A stretch of DNA of 64,000 nt from Dehalococcoidia bacterium (GTDB lineage: Bacteria; Chloroflexota; Dehalococcoidia; Plut-88900), in contig CBDFLQ010000007.1 in the NCBI GenBank assembly GCA_965249275.1, positions 608,001 through 672,000 on the forward strand, in the 5' to 3' direction. Positions 27,801 through 36,665 of this stretch are shown here, in pieces. Numbering within the stretch: position 1 is the first letter of the stretch; each line of letters starts with the position of its first letter. The notes under the pieces were generated by a model. It did not search any database. It saw only the letters and a list, made by a program, of their open reading frames with translations, and was not told the DNA's origin. A program made the position numbers and the translations under genes.

Positions 27801-27898
27801 CGGAAAAGGATGAACAGCAGTACCGCCGCGAACACTATGAAGACTATGCCGAGCACTACGGCGTAGCGCTCTATTGGGACTCCAAACAGTTCGTCCAT
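24848..27898 (-). CDS. ABC transporter permease, FtsX/MacB-like, two-domain
   Basis: Two FtsX motifs (ERKAELGMSRAIG; ERRHQIGVLRAIG) and C-terminal PAEALRYE. Confidence 0.92.
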   Translation of the reverse strand: MDELFGVPIERYAVVLGIVFIVFAAVLLFILFRNPILVKMAFRQVFRRPARGILVVVGLMLATAIIMSAFTTGDSMTYSVKSSVIQSLRTMDELIRVDEDSDLWQSQAVPDDFSDEIFTAIASELDPDPDVDGLLPVVTETVAVVNLESQQFEANALITGLDPARASTFDEVLDIDGTPVDIGSLGDDELYLDSEGAEELDAEAGDVLQLFLGPQSFREMTIKAVMDGWFFNSGQYQVVMAVSLGRAQELLDKEGRLSYILVSNAGDDEEGVELTESVVGRHGDLPALVDNGLEMHDVKQEGIDFANEWGNLFLSFFTVFGLFSIGVGLLLIFLIFSMLAAERKAELGMSRAIGMKRGHLIRMFIAEGAIYGLGSSVVGVLVGIVLGYILVKATAGAIGQDVTSEFSLSTHVQLVSVLVAFFLGTVVTLITVAFASWQISRINIVRAIRDIPEPRQSRATKKALAAGIALIVIGLLIMVSGYNTANAVWFWLGPSLAVLGAAIVLRYFGVARRWALSGAGILLVIWWLLPPSVGRAIRDDWSSDFTVFFVTGTMLVLGAVLVTVNNTDFVLGLVSRTVGRIKGFAPIIKSSIAYPLRFGFRTGISVAMFAVVIYSVTVMSVVIEGFNELLGDEDRLGGGYQVMAFSLNETNPVTDLTAAIEANPDLDFVSRVDGKPSVGILRNIWEAEARLTDGVGDDFSDTILTGVDDDFADSNLYQIMLSAPEYLEDGDVDTRKLWRDVKEKPGLAVVNSFLVPSRSDFQFDVDAERFTLAGVEGLFQENDYIDPVQIEVRDLRSNTTVELTVVGVFDDFASQGLLPVAVYTSTRLLDAQLPRDVDPNQFFFNVEPGTEDAAQKIEAEFFTNGMETLDIKEVIDGLQGSNRAFTNLLLAFMSLGLVVGIAALGVVSARAVVERRHQIGVLRAIGYSRGMVQLSFLLESSFIALLGIGLGLVLGLLTSINVISSIRYEESDIRLVVPWAQVLLIVVVAYVLSLLTTFLPARSAGRIAPAEALRYE

Positions 27899-27917
27899 CA
27901 GTTAGTTGGTATAGGAG

Positions 27918-28640
27918 CTATGCAGAAGCCCCGTTGCCGTCGTCCTCAATTCGCCCGTCCCTCATGCGGATGGTCCGGTGCGCCAATGCAGCTACCGCCT
28001 GCGAGTGGGTGACAAGAATAAAAGTCTGGTTGTTTTCTCTGTTAAGCGAGGTCAGAAGGTCCATGATTTCCTCGGAGTTCTCCGAGTCCAGGTTGCCCGT
28101 AGGCTCGTCTGCCCATACTATCTCAGGGCTATTCACCAGCGCCCGGGCTATGGTCACACGCTGCTGCTGCCCCCCGGAAAGTTCAGATGGATAGTGGCTT
28201 TCCCAGGCTTCCAGGTTGACTAGCTTCAGGGCCTCTCTGGCCTTATCTCGGGCCTCCCTGGACTTCACGCCCGACACCAGCAACGGCATCTCCACGTTCT
28301 CCAGGGCGGTTAGCACGGGCAGAAGGTTGTAGGACTGGAATACGTAGCCCATCTTGGTCGCTCGGTATCGGGTCTTTTCGTTGTCCGACATCCGCGCGAG
28401 GTCGTTACCCGCTATCTTGATAACACCGTCGTTGATCGCGTCCAGCCCCGAGAGACAGTTGAGGAGTGTAGTCTTGCCGCAACCGCTCGGTCCCATTATC
28501 GCCACCATCTCTCCCCGCACCACCTTCAGGTCGACGCCGTGCAACGCATTAACTTTTACGCGTCCGGTGTCGTAGACCTTGACTACACCCGTGGCGTCTA
28601 TGATTGCTTCAGTAGCGGAATTTCCATCAGCATTTTGCAT
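27918..28640 (-). CDS. ABC transporter ATP-binding protein (LolD/MacB-like)
   Basis: GPSGCGKT, LSGGQQQRV, ADEPTGNLD, VTH. Confidence 0.95.
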   Translation of the reverse strand: MQNADGNSATEAIIDATGVVKVYDTGRVKVNALHGVDLKVVRGEMVAIMGPSGCGKTTLLNCLSGLDAINDGVIKIAGNDLARMSDNEKTRYRATKMGYVFQSYNLLPVLTALENVEMPLLVSGVKSREARDKAREALKLVNLEAWESHYPSELSGGQQQRVTIARALVNSPEIVWADEPTGNLDSENSEEIMDLLTSLNRENNQTFILVTHSQAVAALAHRTIRMRDGRIEDDGNGASA

Positions 28641-28845
28641 GGGTAATTGCGCCTTTTACCTTGCCAGTTTCTCTGGCAATAGTGTACTTTCTCTTTGGTG
28701 AATTATATCACTTGCCGGAATGATGGCCTAGAATCCAGCCGCCTCCCCCACTTGTGCTAAAGTCGGCTAAGTTTGAAAATCCACCATTCATCGGAACGTC
28801 CAGAGACCCTGAAACCTAGCTCTGTCGAGCAATTGAGGAGAAACA

Positions 28846-30060
28846 ATGGCAGGCCCGCTTACTGGAATCAAGGTTGTCGAGGTCGCTAATTTCCTTGCAG
28901 TTCCCTGCTGCGCCGCTTTGATGGCCGACATGGGCGCGGATGTCATTAAGGTCGAGCCCCTTGCCGGCGACCCCTACAGATGGTTGTCCTCCGACGGCAC
29001 CTATGGCGTCGAGTTCCCCATAAACTACGCCTTCGAGATGGACAATAGGGGAAAACGGGGAATATCCGTTGACCTCAATAAGCCGGAGGCGTCCAAAATT
29101 GTCCAACAGTTAACAAACGAGGCCGACGTTTTCGTCACCAATCTTCTTCCCAGGCGGATGGAGAAATTTGGCCTCACCTACGAACAGCTCAGCGCCGATA
29201 ATCCCCGACTCATATACCTTGCATTAAGCGGCTACGGGCCCGTCGGGCCCAAGAAAGACAAGCTCGGCTTCGACCACACCGCCTTTTGGGCTAGCTCCGG
29301 CCTCATGTCGCTGTACAGTGAGTTGGCGCCCGAGCCTATTGATATTCTCAATGGGATGGGCGACCACACCACCGCCCCGACCCTCCTGGCAGGCGTATTG
29401 GCCGCAATCCTGGAGCGTCAGCGCACGGGCAAAGGTCGGCTGGTCACTACTTCGCTCATGAACATGGGACTATGGGTTATAGGCGCCGACGTACAGGAAG
29501 CCTTGGCCTCGAACCGACCCCTTCACCGCCGGTCCCGAGTTGATGCCGTTGACCCCCTCATAAACACCTACAGCGCTTCCGACGGCAAATGGTTCCTCCT
29601 GGTCATGCCCGACAACGATGCCAATTGGGCTAAGCTCTGTAATGCAATCGGACACCCCGAACTCATCGCCGACCCCCGGTTCATTACCCTCGAAGACAGG
29701 AAAAACAGGTCTCCGGAGGCCGTAGCCATCCTCGACGGTATTTTCGGAGAAAAGTCCTTGGCAGAATGGGGGCCCATTCTCGACGACTATGACGTGATCT
29801 ACGCTCCCGTCCGCGAGATGCTCGACGCCCTGAGCGACCCCCAGGTGGAGCTCAACGACATGCTCCGCACAATCGAACACCCGGAGCATGGGCCCTACAA
29901 GATCCTGAATACACCCGTGCACCTGGAAGACACCGACATCGGGCCCAAGAGCGCCGCCCCGGAACTCGGCCAGCACACCGAAGAGGTCCTCCTGGAGCTC
30001 GGCTACTCCTGGGACGACATCACCGGCCTCCAGGACTCGGGTGCCATTACCGGGGGGTGA
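28846..30060 (+). CDS. CaiB/BaiF family (class III) CoA-transferase
   Basis: LMADMGADVIKVE, NRGKRG, SGYGPVGP, MGDHT, APELGQHTEEVL. Confidence 0.92.
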   Translation: MAGPLTGIKVVEVANFLAVPCCAALMADMGADVIKVEPLAGDPYRWLSSDGTYGVEFPINYAFEMDNRGKRGISVDLNKPEASKIVQQLTNEADVFVTNLLPRRMEKFGLTYEQLSADNPRLIYLALSGYGPVGPKKDKLGFDHTAFWASSGLMSLYSELAPEPIDILNGMGDHTTAPTLLAGVLAAILERQRTGKGRLVTTSLMNMGLWVIGADVQEALASNRPLHRRSRVDAVDPLINTYSASDGKWFLLVMPDNDANWAKLCNAIGHPELIADPRFITLEDRKNRSPEAVAILDGIFGEKSLAEWGPILDDYDVIYAPVREMLDALSDPQVELNDMLRTIEHPEHGPYKILNTPVHLEDTDIGPKSAAPELGQHTEEVLLELGYSWDDITGLQDSGAITGG

Positions 30061-30090
30061 GCCGAAGCCCACTAAGGCACAAACTGATTT

Positions 30091-30426
30091 CTATTCGATG
30101 ACAAGGGAGTCGATAGTCGTGTCGAATGCCCTTGCGATGCAGGCCAGCGTGGTAACGGAGCCCGCCTTGCGCCCTCGCTCAATCTCCGAAAGGTGGCTCG
30201 CCGATATACCCGTCTCTTGGGCAAGATCGCGAAGCGTGACTCCTAGGTGAGCTCGGAATGCGGCTATAGGACTTTCTCCGCGAATAATGGCTACGGCAAC
30301 TTTATGAGGGACTCGACTGCCGTCGTCTGCTTCGAATGCGACCAACCTGTCTTCAAGGTCGTTGTTTCGATTGATTAACGCATCGTAGTCAGCGCGGGAC
30401 AGGGTGACGGTTTCTTTGCTAGTCAT
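30091..30426 (-). CDS. XRE-family HTH antitoxin (HigA-like)
   Basis: VTLSRADY...FRAHLGVTLRDLAQETGISASHLSEIERG. Confidence 0.85.
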   Translation of the reverse strand: MTSKETVTLSRADYDALINRNNDLEDRLVAFEADDGSRVPHKVAVAIIRGESPIAAFRAHLGVTLRDLAQETGISASHLSEIERGRKAGSVTTLACIARAFDTTIDSLVIE

Positions 30427-30517
30427 ATGCTTCCCTCCTGTGCCTGACTCTCGAAACCGGCATGGTTACAGCTCCTTCGCGTTCGAAGTCGAAGATTACG
30501 CTGAAATTGCCAGCAAT
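30419..30517 (-). pseudogene. C-terminal remnant of a RelE/ParE-family toxin
   Basis: Hand translation IAGNFSVIFDFEREGAVTMPVSRVRHRREAYD*. Its stop overlaps the antitoxin start (ATGACTAG); the N-terminal part is missing. Confidence 0.7.
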
Positions 30518-32037
30518 CAAGTAGTAGCCGGGGCTCGATCTTCGGTGCCAACCTCCCCCCGCCCCACCCGTCCCTGCACTATCGACAACACAAACGCCAG
30601 CCCCAGGAGCGAACCTGAGACCAGGAACGCCGTTGATAGCCCTGATACGAACGCACTTTTCACTCCCTCTCCCCCTGACCCCGTCACCGCCGATAGGCTA
30701 GGCTCGTATCCCGCCGCTGCCATATAGACCGCAATTACCGTCGTTGATACCGCGATACCCGTCACGTTTCCCGTCGTCCTTGTCAGGTTCAATAGCGCGG
30801 CGGTGATCCCATGCGTACGCCCCGACCGTGAATTGAGGATGTCGCTCGTGTTAGGCGAATAGAACGTCCCCATCCCCGCCCCTGACAACGCCAACGCTAT
30901 CACGGCGTGAATCGGTGATGAGTCCACGTCCAGCGTCGAGAACGTGAACATCGCCGACGCAGCGATCATTATCCCCGCCAGCATCAGCCATCTCGGACCC
31001 AGCCGTTCCGACAACAAGCCACTCACCGCCCCAAACAAGGCCATGGATACCGACGCCGCTGCCGTGATCAAACCCGCCATGTGTGGCGCGTACCCCAATA
31101 CCTGGATCAGGTAGAAGGGCATCAGTATTACCCTTGGGGCACTGGCCAGGAACAGCAGAAACCGTATCCCCACTCCCAGGGAAAAGTAACGGCTGGCGAA
31201 ATACCTGAGGTCGATCATCGGGTGAGGGTTTCGAAGCTCCCACCAAACGAAGAAGCAGAACAGGCCCGCCGCCCCGGCCAGCCCCGCCACGATAGGTCCC
31301 GACCCCCACCCAAACCGGTGCGAGTTCGAAAGGGACAGCAGAAGAATCACTAATGTACTCGACGATGTTGCGGCCCCTACCCAGTCAAACCGTCCCCTCT
31401 CCTCCCCCGGCTCCGAATGCGATGGCCATCCCCTCAGTGCCCACACCGCTGCCCCGATCGCCACTATTCCCAAGGGTACGCTTGCATAGAACAACCACCG
31501 CCACCCGAGCTCTCCGACCAGCAGGCCACCCAGAAATGGCCCTGTCGCCGCCCCTGAGCCTACCGTAGTCGTGTACAACCCGATGGCACGGCCTCGCTCC
31601 CTTTTTGGAAACGCCTCCGTCACTATAGCCATCGCGTTGGCCTGTATACCCGCCGAGGCCAATCCCTGCGCCACCTTAGCCACAACAAGGACCCAAAATG
31701 CCGTTGAGAGTCCCGCCAATACCGCCGTTCCTATGAAACCCACGAAACCAATGGTGTACACCTTCGGCCGGCCCACTATGTCCGAAAGTCTCCCTACCGG
31801 CATAAAGGCCGCGCTGGTGCTCAGCACGTACCCCAGCGTCACCCACTGGACGGCGGGGATATTTACCTTGAATTCATCAGCAATCTCGGGAAGGGCAATC
31901 GCGACTGCCGTCTGCTCCGCGACGGTCAGGAATATCCCGACCGCTATGGCGATGAATGCCGGCCATTTTCGGAGACCGGAGGCGCATACGGGCGTAGTCT
32001 TCTGAGTTGAGTCCACTGCGGCCATTCTTCCCATCAT
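30517..32037 (-). CDS. MFS transporter, DHA2 (EmrB/QacA-like)
   Basis: About 14 TM segments; QWVTLGY, GRLSDIVGR, FPKRERGRAIG, GPFLGG, FDWVGA. Confidence 0.9.
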   Translation of the reverse strand: MMGRMAAVDSTQKTTPVCASGLRKWPAFIAIAVGIFLTVAEQTAVAIALPEIADEFKVNIPAVQWVTLGYVLSTSAAFMPVGRLSDIVGRPKVYTIGFVGFIGTAVLAGLSTAFWVLVVAKVAQGLASAGIQANAMAIVTEAFPKRERGRAIGLYTTTVGSGAATGPFLGGLLVGELGWRWLFYASVPLGIVAIGAAVWALRGWPSHSEPGEERGRFDWVGAATSSSTLVILLLSLSNSHRFGWGSGPIVAGLAGAAGLFCFFVWWELRNPHPMIDLRYFASRYFSLGVGIRFLLFLASAPRVILMPFYLIQVLGYAPHMAGLITAAASVSMALFGAVSGLLSERLGPRWLMLAGIMIAASAMFTFSTLDVDSSPIHAVIALALSGAGMGTFYSPNTSDILNSRSGRTHGITAALLNLTRTTGNVTGIAVSTTVIAVYMAAAGYEPSLSAVTGSGGEGVKSAFVSGLSTAFLVSGSLLGLAFVLSIVQGRVGRGEVGTEDRAPATT

Positions 32038-32121
32038 ACCCCACCCCTCACCCCCTTTATCGACCAGTCGAGGCTTCTGTGATATCGTCCGAACACATCA
32101 AGCTGCAACCAGGGAGAAGAA

Positions 32122-33060
32122 ATGAAGTACCGCATCTTGGGGAATACGGGAGTCAAAGTCTCCGTCATCGGCCTAGGGGCCAACAATTTCGGGGGCCGGA
32201 ACGATGAGCCTAGCTCTTTCCGGGTCCTCGACCAGGCCCTAGACCTCGGCGTCAACTTCATCGACACCGCCGACTTCTACAACCTCGGCAAATCAGAGCA
32301 GGTGATCGGGAAATGGCTCAAAAGTCATAGAGGCCATGTCGTCATTGCCACCAAGTTCGTTATGGCCATGGACGACTACCCCAACAGCAGAGGCGCCTCC
32401 CGCTACCACATTTTCAATGCCGTGGAAGACAGCCTCCGACGCCTCAACACCGACCACATAGACCTCTACCAAGTCCACTGGCCCGACCCCGAAACTCCTA
32501 TCGAGCAGACCCTCCGTGCCCTGGACGACCTCGTAAAGCAGGGCAAAATCCGCTATTTCGGCTCATCCAACTTCTCCGGACTCCAACTCTCGGAAGCACT
32601 GTGGACCTCCCGGTACTTCAACCTGAACAGCCTGGTATCAGAGCAGTGCTACTACAACCTCCTGAAGAGAGGCGTAGAAAGAGAAGTCGTACCTTATGCC
32701 GCCGACAACAACCTGAGCATCATCCCATTCTTTCCGTTGGAGTCGGGCCTACTGACGGGCAAGTACCGTCGCAATGAACCTATACCCGAAGGCACCCGCA
32801 TGGCCTCCGGGGAGTTCTACCAACGCTCCCTGACCGACGAGAATTTTGAAAAGGTGGACAAGTTGTCCGCGTTCGCACAGGAGCGAGGTCACACAGTAGG
32901 AGAGCTGGCACTCGCCTGGCTTTTGGCCAATCCGGCCGTTTGCAGCGTCATCGCCGGGGCCACGAGCCCCGAACAGGTAGTCCAAAACGTGGAGGCCGGC
33001 AATTGGGATCTCTCACCTGACGACCTGAAGGCAATAGACGAGATAGTGCCCCTGTCGTAG
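32122..33060 (+). CDS. Aldo/keto reductase
   Basis: NFIDTADFY, IATK, SLRRLNTDHIDLYQVHWPD, GSSNF, PLESGLLTGKY. Confidence 0.95.
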   Translation: MKYRILGNTGVKVSVIGLGANNFGGRNDEPSSFRVLDQALDLGVNFIDTADFYNLGKSEQVIGKWLKSHRGHVVIATKFVMAMDDYPNSRGASRYHIFNAVEDSLRRLNTDHIDLYQVHWPDPETPIEQTLRALDDLVKQGKIRYFGSSNFSGLQLSEALWTSRYFNLNSLVSEQCYYNLLKRGVEREVVPYAADNNLSIIPFFPLESGLLTGKYRRNEPIPEGTRMASGEFYQRSLTDENFEKVDKLSAFAQERGHTVGELALAWLLANPAVCSVIAGATSPEQVVQNVEAGNWDLSPDDLKAIDEIVPLS

Positions 33061-33071
33061 AACCCCAGGCC

Positions 33072-33212
33072 CTACGACCGCTGCTTGGGAAGCGCCTTCT
33101 CCTTGGCCTTCCGACCGATCTCTTGCAGCAGCGTTTTCAATCCCCGCCCCGACACGCGCATCTTCCGCCGGTTACGACGCTTTTCCTCTCGCCGCTCTTG
33201 CTTGGTGTCCAT
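33072..33212 (-). CDS. Small basic hypothetical protein (46 aa)
   Basis: MDTKQERREEKRRNRRKMRVSGRGLKTLLQEIGRKAKEKALPKQRS*. ATG lies 7 nt after the LLM stop with a GGTGAG SD-like sequence, and the ORF fills the gap exactly. Confidence 0.6.
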   Translation of the reverse strand: MDTKQERREEKRRNRRKMRVSGRGLKTLLQEIGRKAKEKALPKQRS

Positions 33213-33219
33213 ACCACGC

Positions 33220-34281
33220 TCACCCGGATGGACTCATAGCCTTTGCCCGTGGCGCATCCTGGAACTGCGGCATCACGTGCTTCGCAAACAGCTCCATCGA
33301 ACGCAGAACTTTGTCCTGGGACATATCCCCCAGCCAGAAGTCGCAATTTAGGTGGTCCAGTTTAAGCTGTTCCTGGAGCCTCGTCAGCTTTTCCGACACC
33401 GTATCCGGCGTCCCGAACAGGAAGTGCCGATCAACTAGCTCCTCAATAGAGGGCTCGTCCTCTATTGGCACGTCCGTCACCCGACCCCTCTCCACCTGCT
33501 CCCGGCCCAGCCGCAGGCTCAGCGAGACCCGCATGTTCCACAGGCCGTGCTCGGCCATCCTCACCGCCTCCTCTTCAGATTCCGTCACGTATATCTTCTG
33601 TTGAATCCCGAACTGCAGTTGACCTTCGCGGCCGTGCCGTTCCACCGCCTCATCGAATTGGTTCCTGCGCTCTTCGATTCTGCCAACCGGAAAAGCCGCT
33701 CCACCCGTGACCACGTTGAACCCCCGCCGCACCGCCCCATTTATCGACTCCAGGCTCTGGCCCACCACCCAAATCGGGGGGTGGGGCTTCTGGTAAGGCT
33801 TGGGCAGGACAGTCGTCTCGGGGAAGTTGAAGTATTCACCCTCAAAGCTGAATGACTCCTCAGTGAAAGCCCTCGTCAGTATCTCTATCGCCTCTTCCCA
33901 GCGGGCCCGGCTGTCTTTCAGGTCGAGACCCATGCGGCCAAACTCGTACTGCTGGTACCCGCGCCCGAGGCCCAGATCGAACCGGCCCTCGCTGAGCAGG
34001 TCTATCGTCGCAGCCTCCTCGGCCACAACCAGCGGGTGGTGCAGGGGAAGCACGACCACCGCCGTCCCGATGCGTATGCGCTTCGTATTAGCTGCCAGGT
34101 GCGTCGCCATGATCAGGGGCCGGGACAGGTAGCCATAGTTGGAGAAGTGGTGCTCCGCCAGCCAAACACCATCGAACCCCATCTCCTCTGCCGCCTGCGC
34201 TATCTCCACACCGCGGCCATATATCTCCGTGTGCGACCTCACAGACGGCGAAGGCATCAACAGAAACGCCCCGAAGTTCAA
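33220..34281 (-). CDS. LLM-class flavin-dependent oxidoreductase
   Basis: VWLAEHHF, IGTAVVVLPLHHP, LGLGRGY, PKPYQKPHPPIW; probable TTG start at 34281. Confidence 0.9.
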   Translation of the reverse strand: MNFGAFLLMPSPSVRSHTEIYGRGVEIAQAAEEMGFDGVWLAEHHFSNYGYLSRPLIMATHLAANTKRIRIGTAVVVLPLHHPLVVAEEAATIDLLSEGRFDLGLGRGYQQYEFGRMGLDLKDSRARWEEAIEILTRAFTEESFSFEGEYFNFPETTVLPKPYQKPHPPIWVVGQSLESINGAVRRGFNVVTGGAAFPVGRIEERRNQFDEAVERHGREGQLQFGIQQKIYVTESEEEAVRMAEHGLWNMRVSLSLRLGREQVERGRVTDVPIEDEPSIEELVDRHFLFGTPDTVSEKLTRLQEQLKLDHLNCDFWLGDMSQDKVLRSMELFAKHVMPQFQDAPRAKAMSPSG

Positions 34282-34285
34282 TCCA

Positions 34286-35395
34286 CTAACCCCCGTTACC
34301 CCCGAACCCATACAGCGACGCCGCATTCCCGTACACTATCTTCCACTTGTTCTCCTCCGACAGTTCGGCGAACGTCCTCTCGATCACCTCTTGGGAATGT
34401 GGGAACGTACCTTCGTCGTGGGGGTAGTCGCTCCCCCACATCAGCGCCTCCGGCCCGATGAAGTCCAGCATCCGCAGCGCGGCCAGGTCGTCGCTGAACG
34501 TCGTGTGGCCCTGCCGCTTGAAGTACTCGCTCGGCTTCATGTCCAGCTTGGGCTCGATCCACATGTGCTTGCGCTCGTACTGGTCGTCCATCGTGTACAG
34601 CACCCAGGGCAGCCAACCTGCGCCGCACTCCACAATCACCGTGTGCAGGCTCGGGTGACGCGCCAGCACACCTGAGCTTACGAACACCGTGGCCGGAACT
34701 ATCCCCTCGGCCATCGCAGTAACCATGTAGGTCAGGAAACCCCCTTCCTTCTCATCTCCGAGATCTTTCGGCGTATGGTCTTCGCTCCCGGTCACGAAGT
34801 GCAGGCTGATGGGCAGCCCGGTCTCCTCCAGCGCATTCCAGAGTGGTTCGTAGATGGGCAGACTGTACGGCTGGTATTTCAGGTGTATCGGCGCACTGAT
34901 CAGCTTGTAGCCCAACCCCGCCACCCGATGCACCTCTTCCACCGCCGTCTCCACGTCGATCACCGGTACTATCGCCGCCGGTGCAAACCTGTCCGAGTGT
35001 CCGCCAAACAGCTCGATTGCCCAGTCGTTGTATGCCCGTGCAACCCCTATTTGGTATGCGGGGTCCCGTGACCCGAAAAGCGTCAACAACGAGTTCGGAT
35101 ACAGGACCTCCGCCGCTACTCCGTCCCGGTCTTGGTCTTTCACCCTGTACGGGATGTCCGTCCCTCCCGAGGGGTCCTGCCTGAACTCCCGATTCAGATC
35201 GTCTTCGTCTATGTTGGCCTCCGCCAGGTCGAACCGCCTCTTGTTCCGACCCTCCGCCACAAAAAACTGTGCTCCGTCCTCCTCTTCAACAACTCGCGGC
35301 AGTCTCGCCCTGAATTCCTCCGGCACCCGTGTCTCGAACAGTTCCGGTGACTCCTGTACGTGAGAGTCCGCCGATATCGCCTTTAGTCCTGCCAT
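34286..35395 (-). CDS. Amidohydrolase_2 family protein (tandem copy 1)
   Basis: ISADSH, SLHF, VECGAGW, WGSDYPHDEGT; 1110 nt. Confidence 0.92.
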   Translation of the reverse strand: MAGLKAISADSHVQESPELFETRVPEEFRARLPRVVEEEDGAQFFVAEGRNKRRFDLAEANIDEDDLNREFRQDPSGGTDIPYRVKDQDRDGVAAEVLYPNSLLTLFGSRDPAYQIGVARAYNDWAIELFGGHSDRFAPAAIVPVIDVETAVEEVHRVAGLGYKLISAPIHLKYQPYSLPIYEPLWNALEETGLPISLHFVTGSEDHTPKDLGDEKEGGFLTYMVTAMAEGIVPATVFVSSGVLARHPSLHTVIVECGAGWLPWVLYTMDDQYERKHMWIEPKLDMKPSEYFKRQGHTTFSDDLAALRMLDFIGPEALMWGSDYPHDEGTFPHSQEVIERTFAELSEENKWKIVYGNAASLYGFGGNGG

Positions 35396-35485
35396 TCTCT
35401 TTCCCCCCAATCGATCCGTTCCTTTGTTACGGGAGCGGTCCTTCTACAATCGATATTACCAAATGAGACGCCTCCACTCCCCTGC

Positions 35486-36595
35486 CTACGCGCCATTCCC
35501 CCCGATCCCGTACAGCGACGCCGCGTTCCCGTACACAATCTTCCTCTTATCCTCCTCCGAGAGCCCTGCGAAGGTCCTCTCTATTACCTCCTGGGAGTGG
35601 GGGAACGTACCTTCGTCGTGGGGATAGTCGCTTCCCCACAGCAACGCCTCCGGCCCGATGAAGTCGATCATCCGCAATGCAGCCAGGTCGTCACTGAATG
35701 TCGCGTGACCCTGCCGCTTGAAGTACTCGCTCGGCTTCATGTCCAGCTTGGGCTCGATCCACATGTGCTTCCGCTCGTACTGGTCGTCCATCGTGTACAG
35801 CACCCAGGGCAGCCACCCCGCCCCGCACTCAACTATTACGGAGTGCAGGCTCGGGTGCCGGGCCAAAACTCCCGAGCTTACGAACACTGTGGCCGGAACT
35901 ATCCCCTCTGCCATCGCCGTGACCATGTAGGTGAGGAAGCCTCCATGCTGCTCCTCTCCGGCCCCCTCCGGTAGGTGGTCCTCACTGCCCGATATGAAGT
36001 GGAGACTTATCGGGAGACCCGTCTCCTCCAGCACGTTCCACAGCGGCTCGTATACCGGCAGGCTGTACGGTTGGTGCTTCAGGTGTATTGGGGCGCTTAT
36101 TAGCTTGTACCCCAGCCCCGCGACCCGCTTCACCTCTTCCACCGCGGTTGGAACGTCGATTACGGGCACCAGGCCTGCGGGCGCAAACCTGTCGGCATGC
36201 CCGCCGAAGAGCTCTATGGCCCAATCGTTATAGGCCCGGGCCACGGCTATCTGGTACTTCGGGTCCGGCGATGCGAACAGTGCGAGCAGCGAGTTCGGGT
36301 ATAGCACCTCCGCCGTCACCCCATCCCGGTCCTGGTCCTTCAATCTGTATGGGATGTCCGTCCCACCAGAGGGGTCCAGCCTGAACTCCCTTTCCATGTC
36401 GTCCTCGTTGATGTTCTCCGCGGCTATGTCGAAACGCCTCTTCTTCCTGCCCTCCACCACTCGATATTTCGCGCCATCCTCTCCTTCCTCCATGTGCGGA
36501 AGTCGGGGCCTGAACTCCTCCGGCACCCGGGTCTCGAACAGCTCCGGAGCCTCCTGCACATGAGAGTCCGCCGATATCGCCTTTAGTCCTGCCAT
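35486..36595 (-). CDS. Amidohydrolase_2 family protein (tandem copy 2)
   Basis: Same motifs; 1110 nt; AAGGAG SD. Confidence 0.92.
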   Translation of the reverse strand: MAGLKAISADSHVQEAPELFETRVPEEFRPRLPHMEEGEDGAKYRVVEGRKKRRFDIAAENINEDDMEREFRLDPSGGTDIPYRLKDQDRDGVTAEVLYPNSLLALFASPDPKYQIAVARAYNDWAIELFGGHADRFAPAGLVPVIDVPTAVEEVKRVAGLGYKLISAPIHLKHQPYSLPVYEPLWNVLEETGLPISLHFISGSEDHLPEGAGEEQHGGFLTYMVTAMAEGIVPATVFVSSGVLARHPSLHSVIVECGAGWLPWVLYTMDDQYERKHMWIEPKLDMKPSEYFKRQGHATFSDDLAALRMIDFIGPEALLWGSDYPHDEGTFPHSQEVIERTFAGLSEEDKRKIVYGNAASLYGIGGNGA

Positions 36596-36665
36596 GCTCT
36601 TTCTCCTTAAATCAGTCCACTTCCCGGCCAAAGGAGCGACCGTAACTAGCTTAAGCGCCGCTGAC

